Shown piece by piece: positions 1 to 8,154 of a stretch of 25,738 bases of DNA. This DNA is from a virus. Taxonomy: Duplodnaviria; Caudoviricetes. Where the stretch lies: IMG/VR virus record IMGVR_UViG_3300020325_000069, positions 1-25,738 of that record; one strand, 5' to 3'. Under the pieces are notes generated by a model. It saw nothing but the letters and a program-made list of their open reading frames with translations, did no database searches and was not told the DNA's origin. The translations under genes and the position numbers were made by a program. Numbering within the stretch: position 1 is the first letter of the stretch; each line of letters starts with the position of its first letter.

Positions 1-837
1 TGTGTATATTTCAAAGTTAGGAACAAACCAAGACTTCTCAATAAGTTTGTCTAATACTTTTGGCTTTTCAGGAGATAAATTTGAATTAATTGCAAAACGC
101 ATATTTCTACCTCTATCTGGATTTTGTTCAAACCAATCAAATAGCCTCCAAGTACCTCTATGCATAATAGGCTCACCGCCAGTAATTCTAATTTCTTCTA
201 AACAATCTGCTAAGTCACTTTCCCACCATTTATGAAACGCTTGTATATATGGGTTGTCTTCTTCTTGCTTAGATACAGGTGCCGCCCATGGAGCAGTATC
301 AACAAAGTGACCACGTCCATCTGACTGAATATTTTGATAGGCACCATATGTATTAATATCTTTAACCCATGCTGTTGAGAATGCTGGGTTACAGTATGAA
401 CATTTGAGATTACAAGCACGGTCAAATGAAATTTCTAATGTACGTAAATTTACATTATCGTCCCATGGCATTTCTGCACTCTTATGAATATCTTCATCTT
501 TAAAAATCTCTGTTTTAAAAACTCTATCTGATATGTGGTCTTTGCCCATATCTTCAACTTTCCAACAGTATTCACATTCAGCTGGACGTTTACCTTCTTG
601 CATATACTTACGCATAAGTTTTTTATGCTTTGTATTATGAATTGCAGTAGGATTATCTTTTAATTCTTCTAGTGGTATCCAATGTCCTGGTGGGTGGTGA
701 CAACTTGCAGTTTGACCATGTCCTAACCAGATAGTAGCATTATACCATTTAGCCGCACAATAAGAATCACTAACCGTATCTATCATACGTTTTTTATATT
801 GGTGTAGTGTTTCGCCTTCCCAGTGTTTACGACCCAT
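1..837 (-). CDS. Radical SAM protein with N-terminal twitch-type Fe-S domain (3'-partial, runs off the window; not in ORF track)
   Basis: Manual translation from ATG at 837: MGRKHWEGETLHQYKKRMIDTVSDSYCAAKWYNATIWLGHGQTASCHHPPGH...RPAECEYCWKVED...SDR...LEISFDRACNLKCSYCNPAFSTAW...IRITGGEPIM; open to base 1. It has the CxxxCxxC and GGEP motifs and is co-linear with the 827-2395 protein. The start overlaps the upstream gene end by 11 nt. Confidence 0.93.
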   Translation of the reverse strand, partial: MGRKHWEGETLHQYKKRMIDTVSDSYCAAKWYNATIWLGHGQTASCHHPPGHWIPLEELKDNPTAIHNTKHKKLMRKYMQEGKRPAECEYCWKVEDMGKDHISDRVFKTEIFKDEDIHKSAEMPWDDNVNLRTLEISFDRACNLKCSYCNPAFSTAWVKDINTYGAYQNIQSDGRGHFVDTAPWAAPVSKQEEDNPYIQAFHKWWESDLADCLEEIRITGGEPIMHRGTWRLFDWFEQNPDRGRNMRFAINSNLSPEKPKVLDKLIEKSWFVPNFEIYT

Positions 838-2395
838 ATCTAGCCTCTTTTTCTTCCTTTGCTTCGTTCCAAAAATCTTTCATTTCTGGAAACGTTTCTA
901 GAAAATTTAAATTACGTCTTTTATCATATTGTGTAAAATATTCATAGAAACGTATAAGATGTGTACTTAATTCTTCATCTTTCATATTTAGCCCTTGTTT
1001 GGCCCATGCTAAATCTCGTTCAAGTTTTAAAACTTCGTAATTCTTGAATCCTGTATATTTTCTACCATATAAATCGTTCTCTAATACGTTCTCTTTCATA
1101 AAGTCAATATTCTTTTGTATTGTATCTAATAACTCATGGTCTGCTAATTGTATTGTCATCCAATCAGGATATCGTAGATAAGGAATATCAAACCAAATTC
1201 TTTGTCTTTTCTTTCTAACAAAAGGTGGGTGTTTGAACCCATTATGATCCGGTGGTTGTATAATTTTATCTTCTTGATTTTCATATCCAAATTCTTCACG
1301 CAAGTCTAATATCATTTGTAAAAAACCACGTAGATTTGGTATACTCAATAGTTGAAACGTATTAATAAAAGAAATTTCTGTACCATCAGTTTCACGCAAT
1401 ACTCTACGACAATTATCATACATCTTATCAAAGTCTAATCCGTCACGCATATATTCTGCTTGTTTACCTACACCATCAACACTAACATATAAACTAAAAT
1501 GTTTATATGCAGGAGCAACATACCAGTAATTACCACTATCAGGATTAAATCTTTTTGGATCTTCCCATACTCGTATTTCTTCACATGCTTTTATCTTATC
1601 AATAAATTTATCAAATAACTTGTCTTGTGGAGGACACATGTTTGATGTAATACTCAAATCTAAAAAAGGATTTGGATTTTCATTTACATAATCAAACACT
1701 TTAAATGTATTGCTATCCATTAATGGTTCACCACCTGTCATACGAAAAACTTTCAAGTCTTTGTATATCATTGGAAACCATTTCCAAAATGCTTCGATAT
1801 AAGGATTGTCTTTACGTGAAACTTCTAATGGCATAAGTCCAGTCTTACGTAAGTAATCTATATCATTGTGACCTGTACCATTGCTGAAACGGAAACCGCC
1901 GTGTTTCTTTACATCGTCTTCCCATGCTGTAGATAAGTGGGGCGAACAATAACTGCATTTAAAATTACATGCTTGATTAAAGTTCACCTCAACATATCTG
2001 GGAGTGATGTTGTGGTCCCAAGGATTGTTAACGACTTCATCCCAGGCATCTTTTACCCACCATTCACTTGAGCGATAATGTCTATCACTCAATCTACCGC
2101 CCTTTGGGGCATCAGGAGCGTCTTCAACGTTCCAGCAATATTGGCAACCTTCAGGACGGTCGCCACATTTCATTTGTTTACGTTCTTGTAATTTGAACGT
2201 AGTATTATGCAAAGCATTAGGATCTTTTTTAAGTTCGTCTAACGGAATTGGATGCGTTGGAGGGTGATAGCAACTGTGTGTACGGCCTTGTGGCAAATGC
2301 AAACTAACTTGCAACCACTTTGCCATACACATTGATGGAGATAACGCATTAAGTTTATCTCTTGTTGCTATTGCATCATCATCATAGTTAGACAT
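827..2395 (-). CDS. Radical SAM protein with N-terminal twitch-type Fe-S domain
   Basis: 522 aa with CNFKCSYC (CxxxCxxC) and MTGGEPLM. Four extra N-terminal cysteines (CMAKW, SCYHP, CQYCW) precede the radical SAM core, as in the N-terminal-twitch radical SAM family. Confidence 0.93.
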   Translation of the reverse strand: MSNYDDDAIATRDKLNALSPSMCMAKWLQVSLHLPQGRTHSCYHPPTHPIPLDELKKDPNALHNTTFKLQERKQMKCGDRPEGCQYCWNVEDAPDAPKGGRLSDRHYRSSEWWVKDAWDEVVNNPWDHNITPRYVEVNFNQACNFKCSYCSPHLSTAWEDDVKKHGGFRFSNGTGHNDIDYLRKTGLMPLEVSRKDNPYIEAFWKWFPMIYKDLKVFRMTGGEPLMDSNTFKVFDYVNENPNPFLDLSITSNMCPPQDKLFDKFIDKIKACEEIRVWEDPKRFNPDSGNYWYVAPAYKHFSLYVSVDGVGKQAEYMRDGLDFDKMYDNCRRVLRETDGTEISFINTFQLLSIPNLRGFLQMILDLREEFGYENQEDKIIQPPDHNGFKHPPFVRKKRQRIWFDIPYLRYPDWMTIQLADHELLDTIQKNIDFMKENVLENDLYGRKYTGFKNYEVLKLERDLAWAKQGLNMKDEELSTHLIRFYEYFTQYDKRRNLNFLETFPEMKDFWNEAKEEKEARYGS

Positions 2396-2400
2396 TTAAA

Positions 2401-3375
2401 TTACTTGTCCCAACCCGTTTGTTTTTCTGTTGCTAAAGGATTATTAACTCTTGGTGGATTCACATATACTCTTTTGAAGAATCTAGCAACCTCAGGAGTA
2501 GGGTCGCATAATTCCATACCAATTTTATCATCAAGGATATCACCAAGATTTACAGTTTCATCAAATAACTTTTCATAGTTCCATTCTAGTTTAGTTCTAG
2601 AACATTTTTCTTCACCGCCTTCGAATTTAGGAAAAACAGTATTCTCAAAATATTCTTTGAACCAATCATAACTTGAAATGTTTTCAAGAATGAAATCTTT
2701 GTTAAGATTTACATCATAACAACCTAGTCTAGCACCATAACATGCCCATATACCATTCTCAACATCAGCACCAATATTACACCATGTAATCAATCGTTCA
2801 TAGTTCTTGGGCCAAATACGTTTTTTAAAATCTTCGATAGGTACTCGTTTGCCTTCATCAAGTGACATCTTGACACCTTCACGATAACCTGCACGAAAGG
2901 CTTGAAAAGGTGAACCTGAATTAAATACACGTGAATATATATTGTTCATTTGAATATAGTTCAAGTCCCAACAAAAGTCTACTTTCTTTGTTTCATCTTC
3001 TGCATTTTCGTGTGTCTTCATGTCTAATACAAGTTGCACTGGCCAGCATTTAATACCACCGTTACCGTATACTAAACCGTTAGTCATATTTTTTGCACTC
3101 CAAGATATAACAGAGTTTGCTAAATCTGTGCCATCTGGGAACGTTAGTTCAATATCAAAGAAGTTTTCTTCAACAATATTGTCTCCATCGATAGTAATAA
3201 ATCTATCGGTGTCACTTTGTTTTGCACATTCTTTATGTGCATTATCGAATCCTTTCACTCCGTCAACACGTTTAGCAAAAGGAAACTTACTGATAATATC
3301 AGCCCAATGTTCTTCTTTATTGGGTTCGTCATAGCTTAAATAGAATACATCTAGTTCGCCAATTTCAAGTTTCAT
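2401..3375 (-). CDS. GT-A-fold (GT2-like) glycosyltransferase-like protein
   Basis: 324 aa. N-terminal VFYLSYDE...VKGFDNAHKECAKQSDTDRFITIDGDNIV resembles the GT2 'G...A.N...a..d.i...DxD' nucleotide-sugar-binding region. The start overlaps the upstream stop (TAATG). Confidence 0.65.
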   Translation of the reverse strand: MKLEIGELDVFYLSYDEPNKEEHWADIISKFPFAKRVDGVKGFDNAHKECAKQSDTDRFITIDGDNIVEENFFDIELTFPDGTDLANSVISWSAKNMTNGLVYGNGGIKCWPVQLVLDMKTHENAEDETKKVDFCWDLNYIQMNNIYSRVFNSGSPFQAFRAGYREGVKMSLDEGKRVPIEDFKKRIWPKNYERLITWCNIGADVENGIWACYGARLGCYDVNLNKDFILENISSYDWFKEYFENTVFPKFEGGEEKCSRTKLEWNYEKLFDETVNLGDILDDKIGMELCDPTPEVARFFKRVYVNPPRVNNPLATEKQTGWDK

Positions 3376-3953
3376 TATAATCTCCTGAATGAATATTTTT
3401 CCAGAAACTTCTGGGTGTATAAACTTATACTGTATTTATTATATTCGAATTTAATAGAAACTGGACCTGAAAGCAATTTAGCAAAAGGTATTTGTATAGT
3501 TTCTATTAAATGCTCTGGTTTGCTATCAAATGTTATAAAAAATGGATGGCTATATTTCCCTCCAACAGTTACATCTTGTGAACTATTAACTTTTGATGCT
3601 TTCATTAGTACATTGCTTGGTATAAACGTTAATTCTTTACCATCATAAGTTATTTCAATATCTGAATTTTTAATATGTGAAATTTTATGTAGTTGACTTT
3701 CTTTAGAACGTTTTTGAAGATGTACTCTTGTTTTAACTAATTCATATGTAAATACGTCCTTAGTTTTGCTGATTAAAAAATCTGATAATTTTTCTTCACC
3801 AGTCATAAATTTAGTAACGTCAGAAACATCAAAGTATGCAAACAATGTATTTTCATCTTCTGGTTCAGTAGAAGATATGGCTAATATTTTGCCATTATCA
3901 TCGAAACTTATTACTCTTGCACTCTCTCGTTTTTCAATACTAGTTATATTCAT
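3375..3953 (-). CDS. Hypothetical protein
   Basis: 192-aa ORF translationally coupled on both sides (ATGA at 3950-3953, TAATG at 3375); no recognisable motif. Confidence 0.8.
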   Translation of the reverse strand: MNITSIEKRESARVISFDDNGKILAISSTEPEDENTLFAYFDVSDVTKFMTGEEKLSDFLISKTKDVFTYELVKTRVHLQKRSKESQLHKISHIKNSDIEITYDGKELTFIPSNVLMKASKVNSSQDVTVGGKYSHPFFITFDSKPEHLIETIQIPFAKLLSGPVSIKFEYNKYSISLYTQKFLEKYSFRRL

Positions 3954-4810
3954 ATATCCAATGCACTTTCATATTGTTTTATTTTTTCATCAGTCATCCA
4001 ACTCTTTTCTACATAATGAAAAGGAAGAGACTGTTCATAATTTGCTACTCTAACTTTTAAATCATCAGATAAGTGGCTTGTTAAACTTTGAGTCCAATCA
4101 TTTGATATTTTAGTTTGTGGTATATTCTGAATATAACTTTTCATATGTACAAATGTAGGAACATCTTTAATATTATATTCACATACTTCATCTTCAAGGT
4201 CTAGTAATCTTATAGCTAAAGCAAATGCCAAATCTGCACTCATCCAGTTTTGACCTATGCCTCTCATAAACTTATCATAATATACGTTCCAGTGTGTCAT
4301 AATAATTTCTACCATACGAAAGAATTCGTAAGTAGTTGAAGACTCTTTAAAGTATGTGAAGTTACTGTACGCATTTGGTAATTCTAGTTGTGTAAACTTT
4401 TTTCTGTAGTAATCATCTACAACGTTTTCATTTCTAAATGTTTTAACATTTGTGCATACCCATAAATCTTTTTTCGATAGATAATCCCACCAATGGTCTA
4501 CAGAATGAGTAAACACCATATCTGTATCTAAGATAATACTTTCTTTAAACGGAGACATATGTGCATATTTCCATTTATTATGTATTTTCCATTTATCAGT
4601 TCCTGCATCATCATTCCATGGTATGTCAACAATATGGTCAAATACTTCACGATGTTTATCTGTGATTTTACTTTTAGTGTTTTCATCTACGCAAATACAA
4701 ATTTTATTTTCTTGTTGTGATGCTTTTATACTTAAAGCCATAGCATATGCTAACTTTAAATAATCGTGTTCTTCATTGTTTTGTGCAATAGCTATATAAC
4801 CTTTACTCAT
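3950..4810 (-). CDS. GT-A-fold (GT8/GT71-like) glycosyltransferase
   Basis: Start moved to ATG 4810 (MSKGYIAIAQNN), which gives an ATGA overlap with the upstream stop, has GGGAG upstream and matches the paralog's N-terminus. Motifs: NKWKYAHMSPFKESIILDTDMVF (DxD), AYSNFTYFK, SADLAFALA, FVHMK. Confidence 0.75.
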   Translation of the reverse strand: MSKGYIAIAQNNEEHDYLKLAYAMALSIKASQQENKICICVDENTKSKITDKHREVFDHIVDIPWNDDAGTDKWKIHNKWKYAHMSPFKESIILDTDMVFTHSVDHWWDYLSKKDLWVCTNVKTFRNENVVDDYYRKKFTQLELPNAYSNFTYFKESSTTYEFFRMVEIIMTHWNVYYDKFMRGIGQNWMSADLAFALAIRLLDLEDEVCEYNIKDVPTFVHMKSYIQNIPQTKISNDWTQSLTSHLSDDLKVRVANYEQSLPFHYVEKSWMTDEKIKQYESALDI

Positions 4811-5688
4811 CTTACACTCCCACAATTTAAGAACTCGTCTATATTTCTTTCAACTGATTTTTTATTCATGATATGAATATCTGTATTATTAAATCTAGCT
4901 AATAGATGTTCGGTTGTTTTATCTGCTTTTGCACAATACATAATAATATCTCTGCTATTGTTTACTCTGAAAACATCATCTAAATCGAAACTATTATTTA
5001 AGTAATCTATTGGAAGTTGCGGTGCAGTAGAGTCTACACAGCCGTTGATTATATGTATAGCCATAGAAAAAGCAAAATCGTTTCTATATAATGTTCCACC
5101 GCAGTTGTATAAGAAATAATAATACTTGTAGTTGTTTTTAATGTGTTCTATTAATGAAAACAAATTCTCTGTATATTCTGATTTTCTAAAATAGAAAACA
5201 GTAGCCCAATACATTGGTATTGAAAAATCATCAATATAGGAAACGTTACCACCATGTCTACCTGCAACGTCCCTATATTGACAATTAATCATGAAGTCGT
5301 TTTCACTACCCCACACTTGGTCAAGTGTGTTACTCATAACAAAGTAATCACAATCTATAACCAAATTCTCATCATAAGGAGATATGTCGTACACACCTCC
5401 TCTTGATTTGTTTACAAATGGAGCATAGGCAGATTCACCTGTACTTCCGTCTCTAAACAATCTAATATTTTCTTCTTTGCTTCCTGGATCTTGAAATATA
5501 ATTCTATCGAAATATTTCTCAACTAGTTTATGGGTTTCTTTATCATCGATAGATTTTTCATCTGTTATTAAACAAATTTCATCAAATTTTGATAAGTTTT
5601 TTCTAATAAAGCCTGCACTAGCACATGCAATTTTAATATAGTCTATCAACCCATTGTTTGTAGCAAAGATTATAATTCCTTTGCTCAT
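4807..5688 (-). CDS. GT-A-fold (GT8/GT71-like) glycosyltransferase, paralog of 3950-4810
   Basis: 293 aa. MSKGIIIFATNN, ISPYDENLVIDCDYFV (DxD), YWATVFYFRK, RNDFAFSMA and IHIMNK are co-linear with the downstream paralog. Confidence 0.75.
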   Translation of the reverse strand: MSKGIIIFATNNGLIDYIKIACASAGFIRKNLSKFDEICLITDEKSIDDKETHKLVEKYFDRIIFQDPGSKEENIRLFRDGSTGESAYAPFVNKSRGGVYDISPYDENLVIDCDYFVMSNTLDQVWGSENDFMINCQYRDVAGRHGGNVSYIDDFSIPMYWATVFYFRKSEYTENLFSLIEHIKNNYKYYYFLYNCGGTLYRNDFAFSMAIHIINGCVDSTAPQLPIDYLNNSFDLDDVFRVNNSRDIIMYCAKADKTTEHLLARFNNTDIHIMNKKSVERNIDEFLNCGSVR

Positions 5689-6065
5689 TATATCTCTAGT
5701 ACCTTTTCAATCTTTCTAGAACTTTTTAGTTTCTGATAATCATTGTAATATTCATTTATTGCTTCAAAGTATAAACTAGAAATATCTTCTAAAAACTTTT
5801 TAGTATCTTCAATCTTAATTGGTATATCATTCTTATCCATAATAATAGCTTCTTTTTTTCCTGATGAAACAATCATATGTGTAAAGCCAATCAATGATTG
5901 ACTAACATTAAATGTACCACCATTTGTGCTATAGTTAAGAAGGTTTTGTGTTTTGACTTTTAAATTATTCTTATTCAGATTAAAAGTCTGCATTGTATTA
6001 GAAAAATCTAATGCTTTTTCTAGCCTTTCAAGTTGTTCCTGAGAAGGTGTAATATCGTTAGACAT
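5688..6065 (-). CDS. Hypothetical protein, first gene of the glycosyltransferase/radical SAM operon (weak resemblance to DUF4376-like tail-associated proteins)
   Basis: 125 aa with AAGGAG RBS upstream; stop overlaps the next start (TAATG). The DUF4376 resemblance (GGTF...DKNDIPI...LK..RKIEKVLEI) is by eye only. Confidence 0.75.
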   Translation of the reverse strand: MSNDITPSQEQLERLEKALDFSNTMQTFNLNKNNLKVKTQNLLNYSTNGGTFNVSQSLIGFTHMIVSSGKKEAIIMDKNDIPIKIEDTKKFLEDISSLYFEAINEYYNDYQKLKSSRKIEKVLEI

Positions 6066-6089
6066 GGTTTTACTCCTTGTATTCTTTTA

Positions 6090-6118
6090 ATAATACAGGA
6101 AAAATCAACAAATGTCAA
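6090..6118 (-). promoter_or_regulatory. sigma70-type promoter driving the glycosyltransferase/radical SAM operon
   Basis: Minus strand TTGACA (6118-6113), 17-nt spacer, TATTAT (6095-6090), then AAGGAG and ATG at 6065. Confidence 0.78.
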
Positions 6119-6121
6119 TAG

Positions 6122-7141
6122 TTAAAGTTCAGAAATTGCAACAAAAGTTGGACCTTTTGAGCCACTTGGAATGTGTTTTACACCCAATCCTGAGGGATCT
6201 GGGTCATTTGCAAAGAACAAATCTACTTGTGCAGTTAGTGTTCCTGCTACATAATCTTGACCGTACCAAGCATAACCGCCCCATTCACCTTGGTCTGCTA
6301 CGTGATTATCTATTAATTTAAGCTGGAAATCAATCGCATTTGTACCATTTAATCTAGCATATATTTCATATCTGTTAGAACCATAGTATTGATTTGAATT
6401 ACCGCCGCTTGTACCGCCTTGTTTATGGTATATACGTTTATATGTATTTGTGAGACTTTTAAAGCCTCCTGTGATACCATTGCCTTCGGGGTCTGGTGTA
6501 CCAGTATTGCCTGTAACAGTTGTTACGTTGTGTCCTAATTTTACCATTCCTACGTCTGAAAATAGAACTTGCCAATCAAGACTTTGTAAATCTGTGCCAC
6601 TGGCTGTGAAACTAGTATCAAGTCTTATCTCTCCGCCTGTATTGAAATAATGTCTTCTAGTATCTTCGTCAAGAAATATAGCAGAAACTTCGTATGTGAC
6701 TATGTTATCCCATACATATTCTGGTGTAGTATTTCCTGGTATTAAATATGTTTTTGATGAAGATATTACATTTGTTTGAATATCCATCATTGCAATATCG
6801 TAGTTTAACTTATTCGAACGGACATTGGTGATATCTGTTGTCAAATTTGGAACCAGTTCGATAAGATTACCTGGAGTAGGATAAAGAGGACTACTAGTAT
6901 CAAGTGGTGATAGTATAGTAGTCCCTTGATGTCTTCCTGCAAACTTCAATGCAGTTAGGAGTAACTGCATATGGTTAGCATTTATTTTCACGCCAGAGGC
7001 AACATTTGGAATTACTAGTTGGGGTTGACCATATCCTGAGTCATCAGCACCAATTCCAACGATATCATTGATATCATCTGCGAAACCGTTGTAATCGATT
7101 GCCCGTATCTTTCCTCCTAAATAGTAACTCTGCGGTGCCAT
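6122..7141 (-). CDS. Putative virion structural protein (tail/baseplate-associated), paralog of 7182-8087
   Basis: 339 aa, Gly/Thr/Ser/Asn-rich. Shares GxGxxxxGYxQ, FxxGGEIR, W..L...VG, Y.SN...I.A and G.D.V.GT with its neighbour. AGAGGA RBS; lies at the end of the baseplate module. Confidence 0.65.
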   Translation of the reverse strand: MAPQSYYLGGKIRAIDYNGFADDINDIVGIGADDSGYGQPQLVIPNVASGVKINANHMQLLLTALKFAGRHQGTTILSPLDTSSPLYPTPGNLIELVPNLTTDITNVRSNKLNYDIAMMDIQTNVISSSKTYLIPGNTTPEYVWDNIVTYEVSAIFLDEDTRRHYFNTGGEIRLDTSFTASGTDLQSLDWQVLFSDVGMVKLGHNVTTVTGNTGTPDPEGNGITGGFKSLTNTYKRIYHKQGGTSGGNSNQYYGSNRYEIYARLNGTNAIDFQLKLIDNHVADQGEWGGYAWYGQDYVAGTLTAQVDLFFANDPDPSGLGVKHIPSGSKGPTFVAISEL

Positions 7142-7181
7142 TTATTGTATCCTCTTTGCATGATTATAGACTTATAATTTA

Positions 7182-8087
7182 TTATAAGCTGTCTGTAACC
7201 GTAAAACTAGGATTTGTTATGTTAACGGAACCTGATGCGTTGGAAAGTTTTAATGATCCAACGTTAACTGATGTTGTACCAGTAACTTGGTCATGACCTG
7301 TCCAAGACCATGGGCCTCCATAACCTGATCCAGATCCTGATGTTGCCACGTGTGCATCCGCTAAAGTTGTCTTCACATAAATATCCGCACCATCTTTATA
7401 TGCTTCGATAGATACATAGTTAGAACTATATGCACTAGCATCCGCATATTCTTTTTTAACTTCTACATAAGAAGTAGTCAAGTCTGAATATTTTTTACGT
7501 TCTGAATCTGCCACTGTAGTTGTATCAGTTGGTCTCAATGAAATTCTATAAGTTCCTACTTCTGTTGTTAGTTGTTCCCATGAAGTTCCTTGAGAGTTAC
7601 CGCCTGATCCTGTGTGTGATAAAGAAATTCTAATTTCTCCACCTGCTGAGAACCATGCATTCATTGTAGCTTCATCGTTGAATGTAACTCTAGTTACAGT
7701 ATCAATAGTACCATTCCAATTGGATGATGTCTCTGTTGTTTCTGTAGCTACTGTCATATCCCAACCAGAAGAATAATCCCATGGATTATTAAATCTAGTT
7801 GTTAAATCTGTGTTCAATGATGAGGCATGATTGTAATATTGATTGTCGTCAATGATGTCACCAGCATTGACAGCCGTTAGTGGGTTTGTAATGTTATAAT
7901 AATTTGTGACCTTTGCCGCCGCAGAGAATAATGAATCTTGATACGCATCATCAATCAAATCACCTGCCGCAGGGTTGGCCTGTACCGAGTGTGACTGGTT
8001 ATAGCCACCGCCGACACCTGTTCCATTAAGAATGGTATTCAATGTGTCTCTAAGTGTACTTAAGTCACTATTTGATATCACCGCCAT
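7182..8087 (-). CDS. Putative virion structural protein (tail/baseplate-associated), paralog of 6122-7141
   Basis: 301 aa, Ser/Thr-rich; GTGVGGGYNQ, WFSAGGEIRISL, YSSNYVSIEA, GHDQVTGT; AGGAG RBS. Confidence 0.65.
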   Translation of the reverse strand: MAVISNSDLSTLRDTLNTILNGTGVGGGYNQSHSVQANPAAGDLIDDAYQDSLFSAAAKVTNYYNITNPLTAVNAGDIIDDNQYYNHASSLNTDLTTRFNNPWDYSSGWDMTVATETTETSSNWNGTIDTVTRVTFNDEATMNAWFSAGGEIRISLSHTGSGGNSQGTSWEQLTTEVGTYRISLRPTDTTTVADSERKKYSDLTTSYVEVKKEYADASAYSSNYVSIEAYKDGADIYVKTTLADAHVATSGSGSGYGGPWSWTGHDQVTGTTSVNVGSLKLSNASGSVNITNPSFTVTDSL

Positions 8088-8154
8088 GTTTTTACTCCTA
8101 AATTTGACTAGTCAATTTAAATTTAATAACTAAAAGGTATTTCCGGATATCCTC

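Noticed and set aside
2-425. ORF-track calls 2..235 (+) and 210..425 (-)
   Set aside because: Both lie within the radical SAM gene 837 to <1 (antisense and out of frame) and have no motifs.
3430-3445. AATAAATA on the minus strand about 57 nt upstream of the GT2-like gene as a late promoter
   Set aside because: Lies inside a coding region (Y-N-K-Y codons), differs from GATAAATA and is expected by chance in AT-rich DNA.
4811-4825. Longer start MWECK for the 3950 gene
   Set aside because: ATG 4810 gives an ATGA overlap, has an RBS and matches the paralog's N-terminus.
7171-7188. Inverted repeat CTTATAAT/ATTATAAG over the stop of gene 7182-8087 as a terminator
   Set aside because: Almost all A/T, very small loop and no U-tract; too weak to call.
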